Shown here piece after piece: positions 9,935 to 18,359 of a DNA stretch of 64,000 nt. The translations under genes were made by a program, and so were the position numbers. This DNA comes from a virus. The number at the start of each line of letters is the position of its first letter. The first letter of the stretch is position 1. The stretch is from IMG/VR virus record IMGVR_UViG_3300045911_000062, positions 1 through 64,000 of that record; one strand, given 5' to 3'. The notes beneath the pieces are model-generated. The model was not told the origin of the DNA, did no database searches, and saw only the letters and a program-made list of their open reading frames with translations.

Positions 9935-10682
9935 TAAATAATTTTCTTAAGTCTATATTAAAATCATATTGTTCAAAACTATTTATTATTTCATTTATAG
10001 TTGTATCTTTATTAATTTTTAAAGAATTGCAATGTTCCCTATTTACAGAAGAGTAATAATCATGAAATTTAAATCCATTACCGAGAACTTTATCAGAAAA
10101 CTCTACCCATTTAGATTTTATTCCATATGCATCCGCTGCTATTAAGCCGTGCAATGAACTTGATGCTATCATTTCACATGATAAAATCTGATCTACTACA
10201 TTATTAATTCCAGATAATATATCTATTTTCAAAATTTCTTTTGATTTGTTATAATTAAACCAATCATTATTAGCATCAACATAATGTGGAATAATTCCTA
10301 GTTTGTACTTCTTTTTTACTAATGGATTATAGTATTTTGGGTACAATAATGCAGGGTCTCCATATACTTCTGGACAATCTATTCCTTGTTTTAAAATGAT
10401 ATCTCTTGATAACTTCCCACGAACAGCACATATTTGTTTTGGAATTGTTGATAATTTTCTAGAGCTTGAAAGAAAACCTGCTCCCCATATTATAGAACCG
10501 GAATCTGCTCTTTGTAAAATACTACCAATACAGATATATTTTTCTAAATTATTTCCATGATTTATCCATACTACTTTTTTTCTAGAGATTTTTTCTATCA
10601 AGGTTTTATTAAGTAAATCCCCCCAATTATTTTTATCACTTCCATTAATTGGATTGTACCAAAACACATTTATTGATGACAT
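9906..10682 (-). CDS. Polysaccharide pyruvyl transferase (ExoV-like)
   Basis: NWGD, IGSIL, AVRG, GDPALL, GIIPHY, SSSLHGLI-ADAYG and FKF-DY motifs. Confidence 0.88.
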   Translation of the reverse strand: MSSINVFWYNPINGSDKNNWGDLLNKTLIEKISRKKVVWINHGNNLEKYICIGSILQRADSGSIIWGAGFLSSSRKLSTIPKQICAVRGKLSRDIILKQGIDCPEVYGDPALLYPKYYNPLVKKKYKLGIIPHYVDANNDWFNYNKSKEILKIDILSGINNVVDQILSCEMIASSSLHGLIAADAYGIKSKWVEFSDKVLGNGFKFHDYYSSVNREHCNSLKINKDTTINEIINSFEQYDFNIDLRKLFNACPFKQIS

Positions 10683-10870
10683 TTATTAATACCTATATTA
10701 TAATTGTTCGAATGAAAAATTAATTATATATTTTTATTTTTTGATATTTGTATTTTATATTTTACTAGAAATAAAACTATCGAAAGATTTCATGCATGTA
10801 GTTTTATACAAATTTATAACATATATAAATATTATATTTCGACAAAAAATACTTTTAGTATTATTTATGG

Positions 10871-10899
10871 TTGACATAATGGGAGTGTTCTTGTATATT
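10871..10899 (+). promoter_or_regulatory. Near-consensus sigma70 (early) promoter
   Basis: TTGACA-N17-TATATT upstream of ATG 10927. Confidence 0.75.
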
Positions 10900-10926
10900 A
10901 TTGGCATACAATTTATTGGATTTACA

Positions 10927-11439
10927 ATGAAAGCAAAAGATATAAAATATAATGAAAAATGGGCAGTTGCAATAGATTTAGACGGAACATTATGCAATTT
11001 CGAAAAAAAAGTTTCAGAAATTAATAACATGGAATTTGATAAAATTCCAAAGAGAAAAATTTGGACTTCTATATCGGAATATGATAAAAACGTACAGCCT
11101 TTCTTTGAATCTTTAGAATTATTACCAGATGCCATGCAACTTTTTAATTTCGTAAAGAATAATTTCATTAATTATTATATTTTATCTGCTTCTGGGCGTA
11201 CACCAAAAAATGCTGCTGAACAAAAAAGAAATTGGTGTAAGAAACATTTGGGACATGTAGTTGTTAAAATTGTTCAAAGTAGCGAACAAAAAAGTCAATA
11301 TGCCACGCCTAACTCTATTTTAATTGATGATAGAGAAAAATCTATTAAACCGTGGGTTGACGCTGGTGGTATTGGTATACTACACGTTAATTCAGCACAA
11401 TCAATTTCTAAATTGAAAGAAATTATAAATTTAAAATAA
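10927..11439 (+). CDS. HAD-family 5'(3')-deoxyribonucleotidase
   Basis: DLDGT motif I, K-W, LIDD motif IV and GGIGILH. Start reassigned to MKAKDIK. Confidence 0.85.
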   Translation: MKAKDIKYNEKWAVAIDLDGTLCNFEKKVSEINNMEFDKIPKRKIWTSISEYDKNVQPFFESLELLPDAMQLFNFVKNNFINYYILSASGRTPKNAAEQKRNWCKKHLGHVVVKIVQSSEQKSQYATPNSILIDDREKSIKPWVDAGGIGILHVNSAQSISKLKEIINLK

Positions 11440-11441
11440 AT

Positions 11442-11684
11442 TTATTTTAACAAATTATTAATATCAATACCATTTATTTTTTTAACTAAAAGATTTGGTA
11501 ATGTATAATTTACTACAAAACCAACATGATTTCCATCCGGTGGTAAATAACTTCCGTAAACTGGAGGTATATCTCCATCTAGCAATTCTTTACCATTTAT
11601 AGTCTTTTTTACTTCTGGATATGTTATATCAGGATAAACAATAAATCCTACTCTATCACCGCTAGGAGGTACATATATGGTCAT
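11442..11684 (-). CDS. Small tail-tip-associated protein with a duplicated YxPPxGxxVGF motif
   Basis: YVPPSGDRVGFIV and YLPPDGNHVGFVV. Confidence 0.5.
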   Translation of the reverse strand: MTIYVPPSGDRVGFIVYPDITYPEVKKTINGKELLDGDIPPVYGSYLPPDGNHVGFVVNYTLPNLLVKKINGIDINNLLK

Positions 11685-12028
11685 ACGGGCGTTATCCTAG
11701 TATGTATTGAATCGTTTTCACCGTTTATACCACGACATATGACAAAATATTCTCTATCTGGTAATCCTTCAAAACTATACGTACCATCGATTGGTGATGA
11801 AATGGTTCTAGCTACGTGTACGTTTGTTTCTTTGTCAAAAATATCTATTACTCTTGATACTGGTGCATTGCCTAAAACCACTTTACTAGGATTATCAGCA
11901 GCAATTCTTTTATTTCCAGGCGGAATGCTATTAGTTATTGAAAATGGGTATATAGGAAATATGTTTGTAGTTATAACATTAACTCCTTCTGAAATTGAAA
12001 TAGTAGGCATTGCATCATAATGTGGCAT
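11681..12028 (-). CDS. Transthyretin/carboxypeptidase-regulatory-like beta-sandwich virion protein
   Basis: PVSR-I...VART-S...GTYSFEGL...YFV pattern. Confidence 0.55.
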   Translation of the reverse strand: MPHYDAMPTISISEGVNVITTNIFPIYPFSITNSIPPGNKRIAADNPSKVVLGNAPVSRVIDIFDKETNVHVARTISSPIDGTYSFEGLPDREYFVICRGINGENDSIHTRITPV

Positions 12029-12031
12029 ATT

Positions 12032-12949
12032 TTATTCCCACCTTATAGCTAAAGAATGTAAAGTAGAATTATGTATAGAAGCATTTCCAGGTGCTCCCAT
12101 CACCCCTGAACCATTAGCACCTAATGCCAAATATGTTATTGGTGTTACACCAACCGGGGTCGCTGTGAATGTACTAGAATAACCTATTTCAGTCGTATAA
12201 TAACTTAAAAAGTTTGGAATGCAAGTAACTGCCCGTTGCATACCAAAATGACGCATGACTTGAGCTTGACCGTTTACCAAAGTAGGGCCACTTCCTGGGA
12301 AGAAACATGTAGACATACCATCATTAGTTACAGAATTTAAATTAGTATTTATTGTAAATCTTTGTATAGGATGATTTGTTTGTGAGTCAGAATAATAAAC
12401 ATAAAATCCTCCAGGTATTGGTGTCCCTGATGAATCTGTAAATCTGCTAATAGCGAAAAAGGAAAAACCTAATTCAATGGTATTCCAATGATCTCTTTGG
12501 CTATATTTTTTATAACATAGTGCTAAATATCCAGGTAAATAACATAAAAATGATGTTTTAGGATCTGTATTTGATTTTATTGGATTAAAACTAGATATAG
12601 TTAATCTTGGAGTGACATTTCCAGTTATTGTACCAGACCCATTTGTTCCGGTACCAACAGTTATGTACATAAATGGAACTCTATTATCACCACCACTATT
12701 TTCATTTGATATTTCCAATTTAAAGTATATTGGATCAGTTGAATGCAGAAAATCATTAATATATCTTATTTCATAAGCTGTAGTCGAAGTATTCGGTGGT
12801 AAAGTAGAAGTTAACCAATTTACTTGTCCTGTATCTGTAGTTTTTGGAATACCTATATTTGTTAGATAATCTGATAACTCTGAATGGGTATTTCTCCAAC
12901 CATTATCATTTGCATGATTTAAAGGTGTTGTCCATAATTCTGTTGCCAT
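12032..12949 (-). CDS. Putative virion/tail-fibre-associated protein
   Basis: Gly/Thr/Ser-rich beta protein with a DTGQ motif, in an operon behind a late-promoter core. Confidence 0.5.
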   Translation of the reverse strand: MATELWTTPLNHANDNGWRNTHSELSDYLTNIGIPKTTDTGQVNWLTSTLPPNTSTTAYEIRYINDFLHSTDPIYFKLEISNENSGGDNRVPFMYITVGTGTNGSGTITGNVTPRLTISSFNPIKSNTDPKTSFLCYLPGYLALCYKKYSQRDHWNTIELGFSFFAISRFTDSSGTPIPGGFYVYYSDSQTNHPIQRFTINTNLNSVTNDGMSTCFFPGSGPTLVNGQAQVMRHFGMQRAVTCIPNFLSYYTTEIGYSSTFTATPVGVTPITYLALGANGSGVMGAPGNASIHNSTLHSLAIRWE

Positions 12950-12965
12950 TTTTTATCCTTTTTAA

Positions 12966-13502
12966 TTAAATATGTGTATAATAGTCATTACTAATATTAA
13001 CAAAAACTTCGTGTGGCGTACTAGCAAATCCTATACGCCTAGTAACTGAGTTGCTAGCTGTTGGTGCTGTCTGAGTCATTTGTCCTGGCGTCTCCGACAT
13101 CATCACCGGCCCAGACACTGTAAAAATTGGAAATAATGAATCTGCCCTTATATTACCAATATATAATATAATGGTATTATCATTCGCATTGCCTCCGCTT
13201 ACACAAACTCCTACTTTGACATCACCAGACGTAGAAGCATCACTAGCATCTGCTTTATACCATTTACTATCTACTCCATTTAGATATATAACTTCTCCAA
13301 ATAAAACAGACTCACCTAATATTCCAGTTTCATAAAATATTCCACCCCAACTATTATTATCTAAAGGTTTAATACAATTAGTAAAAGTTTTAATTTGTGA
13401 TGTAGATATTTTAACATCGGAAGCAGATTGTACGCCAGCTAATTCTTCGCTTCCAGTAAGTGGACTTGCTGGGGTAAAATCTACTATTCTCGTATCTGGC
13501 AT
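12966..13502 (-). CDS. Putative fibre/decoration protein (capsid-cement/DUF2190-like module)
   Basis: GE-V-FG-VIY...W-KADAS...G-M-QTAP...RRIG module. AATAAATA at 13524-13531 (-) and a GAGGA RBS upstream. Confidence 0.55.
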   Translation of the reverse strand: MPDTRIVDFTPASPLTGSEELAGVQSASDVKISTSQIKTFTNCIKPLDNNSWGGIFYETGILGESVLFGEVIYLNGVDSKWYKADASDASTSGDVKVGVCVSGGNANDNTIILYIGNIRADSLFPIFTVSGPVMMSETPGQMTQTAPTASNSVTRRIGFASTPHEVFVNISNDYYTHI

Positions 13503-13584
13503 TTACATATCCTCATCATTTTGTATTTATTTATTACTACTTCTCTCATTTTTGTTTTAACTTTAATATAATCTAAATAAATCA

Positions 13585-14868
13585 TTAGTTAAGTAATATT
13601 TTACCACCATCGACACGTAATATGTAACCCCCATTATGCATCAGCAACGCGGGATTACTAGGTTCAGACGATGGTGTAGGTGTAGGTGTAGGCGTAGGTG
13701 TAGGTGTAGGCGTAGGTGGTTCTATGGTATTTACCGTTATATTTAACACTTCCCCTACATTCATATGTATATTATATGGTTTAGGAACTGAACATTCTTC
13801 AAAACCATCAAAACCAGCCCCAAATTTATACCCATATAATCTTATTTCACCATTCCCAGATAACGGAGCGGAGATACTTTCAGCAAATGTTAATATTGTT
13901 GTATTTGTTTCTGGATTGTATGAATGATTACTAATTTTATATTCAGTTAAATTAAACGTATCAGGATTATAGAACCATACTCGTCTTGGGGCTATTAAAC
14001 CAGTTCGCAGTTGAATTGAACCGTGTATATTTTCTGAAACATGATTAAATACATTATTATTTTTTATTTTTATAATAGTATCAGTACCATTATAAGTTAC
14101 TGTTTTTACTTGATATACACCGTTATTTTTATTTGGACTTTTAACTTCGATATAGCCAGATATTGAGGTGGTATCTACCTGTTCGCTTACAATGATTTCT
14201 GTTCTGTTCGATTCTGGTATGTATCTAACTAAAGTTACAGCATAAACGCCGTCATTATAACGGCTGCCAGACACCCTAAAATGCATCTTACTTTTTATTT
14301 CTGAAACTTTATTTCCAGAAATAAAAAAGCTATTGGGCGTATTATGAACTATATCAAAAGTGAAAAAGGGGACTACTAAAAATAATTTATGTATATTGAA
14401 CGTATTTAAATGGTTCCCTCGCAAAATTATTGTATCATGAGATGGAATATTATGAATTTGAATTCTTTTATCAAATGTAAAATTGTTTATTAAATCAGGA
14501 TCTCCAGATAATTCTACCGTATCTGATGTTTCATTTATTGAAATAATAGGAGCAGAAACTAAAAGATCAGAATTGTCAAATATTAATCCATATCCACCGA
14601 TACATTCAAAAAGATCGCAACACTCTACTGCATCAAAACCACATTCTTCGTCCCATATTAAACCAAATCCAACAGGTCCGCATAATGCTAAATTTTTCTT
14701 AATTATGTCGATATTGTGATTTTCTGTAATACCTACAGAAATGTATTCATTTATCCTATATTTTTCGATGACTTCCAACAGCTTAGTATGATACGGTTTT
14801 ACTTCTAAAAAATAGCGTATCAGTGCATCTATAGGTTTTGATATTCCGGGCCTTAGTTCACAAGACAT
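13585..14868 (-). CDS. Putative baseplate/virion structural protein with a C-terminal Pro-Thr tract
   Basis: EVKPYHTK motif, Cys-rich segment and PPTPTPTPTPTPTPTP. CATAAATA at 14891-14898 (-). Confidence 0.6.
   Translation of the reverse strand: MSCELRPGISKPIDALIRYFLEVKPYHTKLLEVIEKYRINEYISVGITENHNIDIIKKNLALCGPVGFGLIWDEECGFDAVECCDLFECIGGYGLIFDNSDLLVSAPIISINETSDTVELSGDPDLINNFTFDKRIQIHNIPSHDTIILRGNHLNTFNIHKLFLVVPFFTFDIVHNTPNSFFISGNKVSEIKSKMHFRVSGSRYNDGVYAVTLVRYIPESNRTEIIVSEQVDTTSISGYIEVKSPNKNNGVYQVKTVTYNGTDTIIKIKNNNVFNHVSENIHGSIQLRTGLIAPRRVWFYNPDTFNLTEYKISNHSYNPETNTTILTFAESISAPLSGNGEIRLYGYKFGAGFDGFEECSVPKPYNIHMNVGEVLNITVNTIEPPTPTPTPTPTPTPTPSSEPSNPALLMHNGGYILRVDGGKILLN
13672..13719 (-). repeat. 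Hexanucleotide coding repeat, (Pro-Thr)7
   Basis: (CCTACA/CCTACG)n on the minus strand. Confidence 0.95.
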
Positions 14869-14898
14869 TCCAAATCCAAAGTTATAGATTTATTTATG

Positions 14899-15111
14899 CT
14901 ATGCGGATTTGCTATTTAAAGAATTGTTTGGAATTGTTTTGTTATTGTGCAACATAGAATATAAAACTTCCAAAGATTGGCGAGTTGCAATAGTTACAAC
15001 CCGTAACTCGTAATCAGTAATATCTTCTATTTTTGTAGAGTACAAAAAATTTAAAGTTTGTTCTAATGAGTTTACATTAAAAAATTCATGTTCAATAATT
15101 TTATCATTCAT
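14899..15111 (-). CDS. Hypothetical protein
   Basis: Start reassigned to MNDKIIEHEFF, overlapping the upstream stop. Confidence 0.5.
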   Translation of the reverse strand: MNDKIIEHEFFNVNSLEQTLNFLYSTKIEDITDYELRVVTIATRQSLEVLYSMLHNNKTIPNNSLNSKSA

Positions 15112-15304
15112 ATTGAATATTATTTTGTTTATTTTTGTTTTCGTCAATCTTTGATTTGCTACCATCAATTACATGTTTTACTTTTTCTAAAAACTCAGAA
15201 CTAAAAGATTTATTTAGTAATATTTTATTTTTACGAGAATAAGACGCAGAATGTGATAAAAATTCAATGTACTCATTTATTGATGCCTCATCAATTTTTT
15301 TCAT
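15104..15304 (-). CDS. Hypothetical protein
   Basis: 66-aa ORF with an AGGA RBS. Confidence 0.5.
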   Translation of the reverse strand: MKKIDEASINEYIEFLSHSASYSRKNKILLNKSFSSEFLEKVKHVIDGSKSKIDENKNKQNNIQYE

Positions 15305-15346
15305 ATTTTCTGTTATCCTAAACTACATGTTATAACCTATATTTAG

Positions 15347-16342
15347 TTATTTTCTAATTTTAATTTGAAATTCTACATTTGAACCGGAATATATCGAATC
15401 TGTAATCAATTTTATAGTATATGGTCTTCCATTTTTCTTAACACATTCTGTAATATCTTTAACATCATCATCAAATTTAGGTATAGAAATACTCCAATTA
15501 TGTTTTATTGCAAACTCTAACAATTTATCAGATGATCCCTTACGATCTGGAACAATAATTTTTTGTTTTTTACATCTAACTAATAAATGTTCTTGTTCTG
15601 ATGTAAGATAATTTTCCATAACAGCTACTCCATTAATATGAAAAGCATCAAAAAAGCCCTCTGTTATGAACAAACGATTTGTTGTATTATCAAATAACCT
15701 ATCAATAAAGTACATTGCTCCTAATTTTGGTTTATCAACTGACACATATTTTCTTTGAGATTCTATCAATGCTCTAGACTGATAATAAATCATTTTTGAT
15801 TCTTTAAATGCCGGTATTATTAATCTATTTTTTAGATATAATGCTTTAGCATTTTCATCGGGAGAAACAGATGATTTCCCTGTAGAAAGATAAAACGAAT
15901 ATTTTTCATGATCTATGCATTTTTCTTGTTTCAAGAAATTTATAGCTATATTATAAAATGGATGCGATTTAGCATTTTTAAGTTCAACAAAATAATCTGG
16001 AATATCAATATAAGAAAATTTAGGTTTTTCTTTAGGTTTATTTGATATTTTATCTGATAATAATAAACGAAGATATAAAATTTTATTCAAAGGAATACCA
16101 AATGCTTCTAAAATAGTCTTTACATCTTTACTCATTGCATATGGTGGTTCTAATCTTCCCTTTATGCCACAGTTGAAACAATGATAAGAAGCGGAATCAT
16201 TATTCAACAACCATCCGCCTCTAGGTCCTTTAGTCCTACTTCCGTCTCCGCATACTTCACAAAAGACTTTCTGCCAACCAGCAGCAGTTGGGTTTTTTAT
16301 GTTTATATGTTCTCTTATGATATCTTCTAAAGTTTCATTCAT
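15347..16342 (-). CDS. DNA primase (T4 gp61-like)
   Basis: Zn ribbon CEVC...HCFNC, RLIIP, YQSR and TOPRIM ITEGFFDA...VPD...KD. Confidence 0.9.
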   Translation of the reverse strand: MNETLEDIIREHINIKNPTAAGWQKVFCEVCGDGSRTKGPRGGWLLNNDSASYHCFNCGIKGRLEPPYAMSKDVKTILEAFGIPLNKILYLRLLLSDKISNKPKEKPKFSYIDIPDYFVELKNAKSHPFYNIAINFLKQEKCIDHEKYSFYLSTGKSSVSPDENAKALYLKNRLIIPAFKESKMIYYQSRALIESQRKYVSVDKPKLGAMYFIDRLFDNTTNRLFITEGFFDAFHINGVAVMENYLTSEQEHLLVRCKKQKIIVPDRKGSSDKLLEFAIKHNWSISIPKFDDDVKDITECVKKNGRPYTIKLITDSIYSGSNVEFQIKIRK

Positions 16343-16348
16343 CTTAGT

Positions 16349-16378
16349 ATTATACAGTTAGATGAATAGAAGGGTCAA
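16349..16378 (-). promoter_or_regulatory. Sigma70-like promoter for a probably leaderless primase mRNA
   Basis: TTGACC-N18-TATAAT-N6-ATG(16342), with no room for a Shine-Dalgarno sequence. Confidence 0.6.
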
Positions 16379-17061
16379 GTTTTCTTTTTGTTCTGTAGTT
16401 TTTTTGTGGCAGGATTTTTCTTTTCTGATACTGGTGATTTTTTTTCTTGTACTTTCTCTTCGTCTTTTGATTTTAATTCACTATTATTTTGTAAACGTCG
16501 GAGGACTTCATCACTGTCTAGCCATATATCTTTACCTTCTAATACATCTTTAATTTCTGTTTCAGATAAAAATCCTCCGTAAATATCGCGAGTGAGCTTT
16601 TGAAACCAATCACTAACATGATTTATTCTAGAAACAATTTCATTTCCTTTACCAAAATTGCCCTCAGAATAACTATGAATCATAAAACTACAATTTTTAT
16701 TGACAATAAATTCATGCCCTGCCAAAAATATTAAAGTTGCTGCTGAATATACTTTTCCATCCATACATGTAATAACTGTTGCTCGCGATGTTCGTATGGC
16801 ATTTATTATTTGAATAGTGACATATAAATCACCGCCCGGGCAATTCAGATATATTATTATTTTATCATGTGCTTCCGCAGTTTTTAACACATGAATCAAT
16901 TCTTGAAATTGCTTATAGTCTTGTATTTCATCGCTAATATAAAAATGATAGATATTTACTGATATGACTTGCGTATAGCATTTTATTAAATTATTATCTT
17001 GGGGCTGTGTAATTAATTGTTCGGTTTCTACTTGCTTTAAAGGCTGATAGTGTTTGATCAT
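16375..17061 (-). CDS. clpP: ClpP-family serine protease
   Basis: IYLNCPGG, YSAATLIFLAG (Ser nucleophile), FMIH and DIWL motifs. TATAAATA at 17088-17095 (-). Confidence 0.85.
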   Translation of the reverse strand: MIKHYQPLKQVETEQLITQPQDNNLIKCYTQVISVNIYHFYISDEIQDYKQFQELIHVLKTAEAHDKIIIYLNCPGGDLYVTIQIINAIRTSRATVITCMDGKVYSAATLIFLAGHEFIVNKNCSFMIHSYSEGNFGKGNEIVSRINHVSDWFQKLTRDIYGGFLSETEIKDVLEGKDIWLDSDEVLRRLQNNSELKSKDEEKVQEKKSPVSEKKNPATKKLQNKKKT

Positions 17062-17222
17062 CTATTTTTAATCCCATATCGTAAAAGTATTTATATCCAG
17101 TTTTAAAACTACATATTTTACTAACTGTTATAGTTAAAACGCAGAACGCCATTTTTATTGATGCCTCTCCATATATTTTTATATGAAAAATTATGTTTAT
17201 TATGTAATTTTTATTATTAATT

Positions 17223-18344
17223 TTATGTTAATAGATTTGAAAACATGCCATCTCTAATATCATGTTTTACTCCACCAACAACATATGAAGATATCTCTAC
17301 TTCTTGTGGAGCTACTTGTACGTTACTGCCAATTAAATATTTGTCAGTCCATGTTATTGGATTTTTAACTGGATAATCATTTTTTATGCCTATAGTACGC
17401 ATTCTCTTTCCTGCGATATGTTTAACATATTCACATAGAATAGGTTTTGTTAATCCTAACATTGGTCCATCTTTAAACAAATAATCTGCCCATTCAGTTT
17501 CTTGTTTTACACAATCAATATACATTTTTTCTATAATTGGTAAACTTTCTACAAACAATTCTGCCATTTCTGGATCATCTTCTCCATTTGCCCATTTTTT
17601 TAAAATATTTTGGGTAAATGCTAAGTGTAAGTTTTCATCTCTTGCGATAAAAGTGATAATCTTTGCATTACCCTCCATCAAACCTCTTTCCGCAAAGGCA
17701 AAAGAGCACGCAAATGATGCATAAAAACGCACTCCTTCTAATACATTAACAGATGCCATACATAATAGTAATTTTCTTTTTAACTCTCTAAGAGAAATAT
17801 TAACTAATCCATCATCTTTAGTATTATGCCGACCTTCTCCAAAAACCTGATATAATAATGAATATTTCATGAAGTCATCATAATAAGAAGTTACGCTATC
17901 TGCCCTATTTAAAATATTAAAATCTGTCATTATTTGATTAAGAACTTCGGTCGGATTAGAAAAAACATTTTGTATTATCCATGAATATGAAAAGCTATGT
18001 AATGACTCAAACATAGACCATAGCGTTATCATAGATTCTATTTCTGGATTTGAAACATGCGGCATAAAAGACTGTGGACTTCTGCTTTGAACAGAGTCCA
18101 AGAAAGTTTGAAACAACAAATTTTTTATAAAAATATGTTGTTCATTTTGTGGTAAATGTTTAAAATCTTTACTGTCCTTAGATAGATCTATCTCATCAGG
18201 CTTCCAAAAAAAACCTAACTGTTTTATATACAATTGTTTAAATATTTCAAATCTTTGAACATCAAATCTTGAAACATTAGGCGTTTCACCGAAAAACATA
18301 TATTCTTTTGTGAAATCTATATTATTCTTATTAAATGACTTCAT
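17223..18344 (-). CDS. nrdB: Ribonucleotide reductase class Ia, beta subunit
   Basis: FFWKPDE, DSVQ-R, E-LH-SY, LEGVRFY-SF, RDE-LH and QVAPQE-E-SSY motifs. Confidence 0.97.
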   Translation of the reverse strand: MKSFNKNNIDFTKEYMFFGETPNVSRFDVQRFEIFKQLYIKQLGFFWKPDEIDLSKDSKDFKHLPQNEQHIFIKNLLFQTFLDSVQSRSPQSFMPHVSNPEIESMITLWSMFESLHSFSYSWIIQNVFSNPTEVLNQIMTDFNILNRADSVTSYYDDFMKYSLLYQVFGEGRHNTKDDGLVNISLRELKRKLLLCMASVNVLEGVRFYASFACSFAFAERGLMEGNAKIITFIARDENLHLAFTQNILKKWANGEDDPEMAELFVESLPIIEKMYIDCVKQETEWADYLFKDGPMLGLTKPILCEYVKHIAGKRMRTIGIKNDYPVKNPITWTDKYLIGSNVQVAPQEVEISSYVVGGVKHDIRDGMFSNLLT

Positions 18345-18359
18345 TTTTATATTACTCCT

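Noticed and set aside
10683-10926. Replication origin, or the N-terminal extension of the HAD ORF from 10741
   Set aside because: AT-rich but without iterons. The region is explained by divergent promoters, and the true start is likely 10927.
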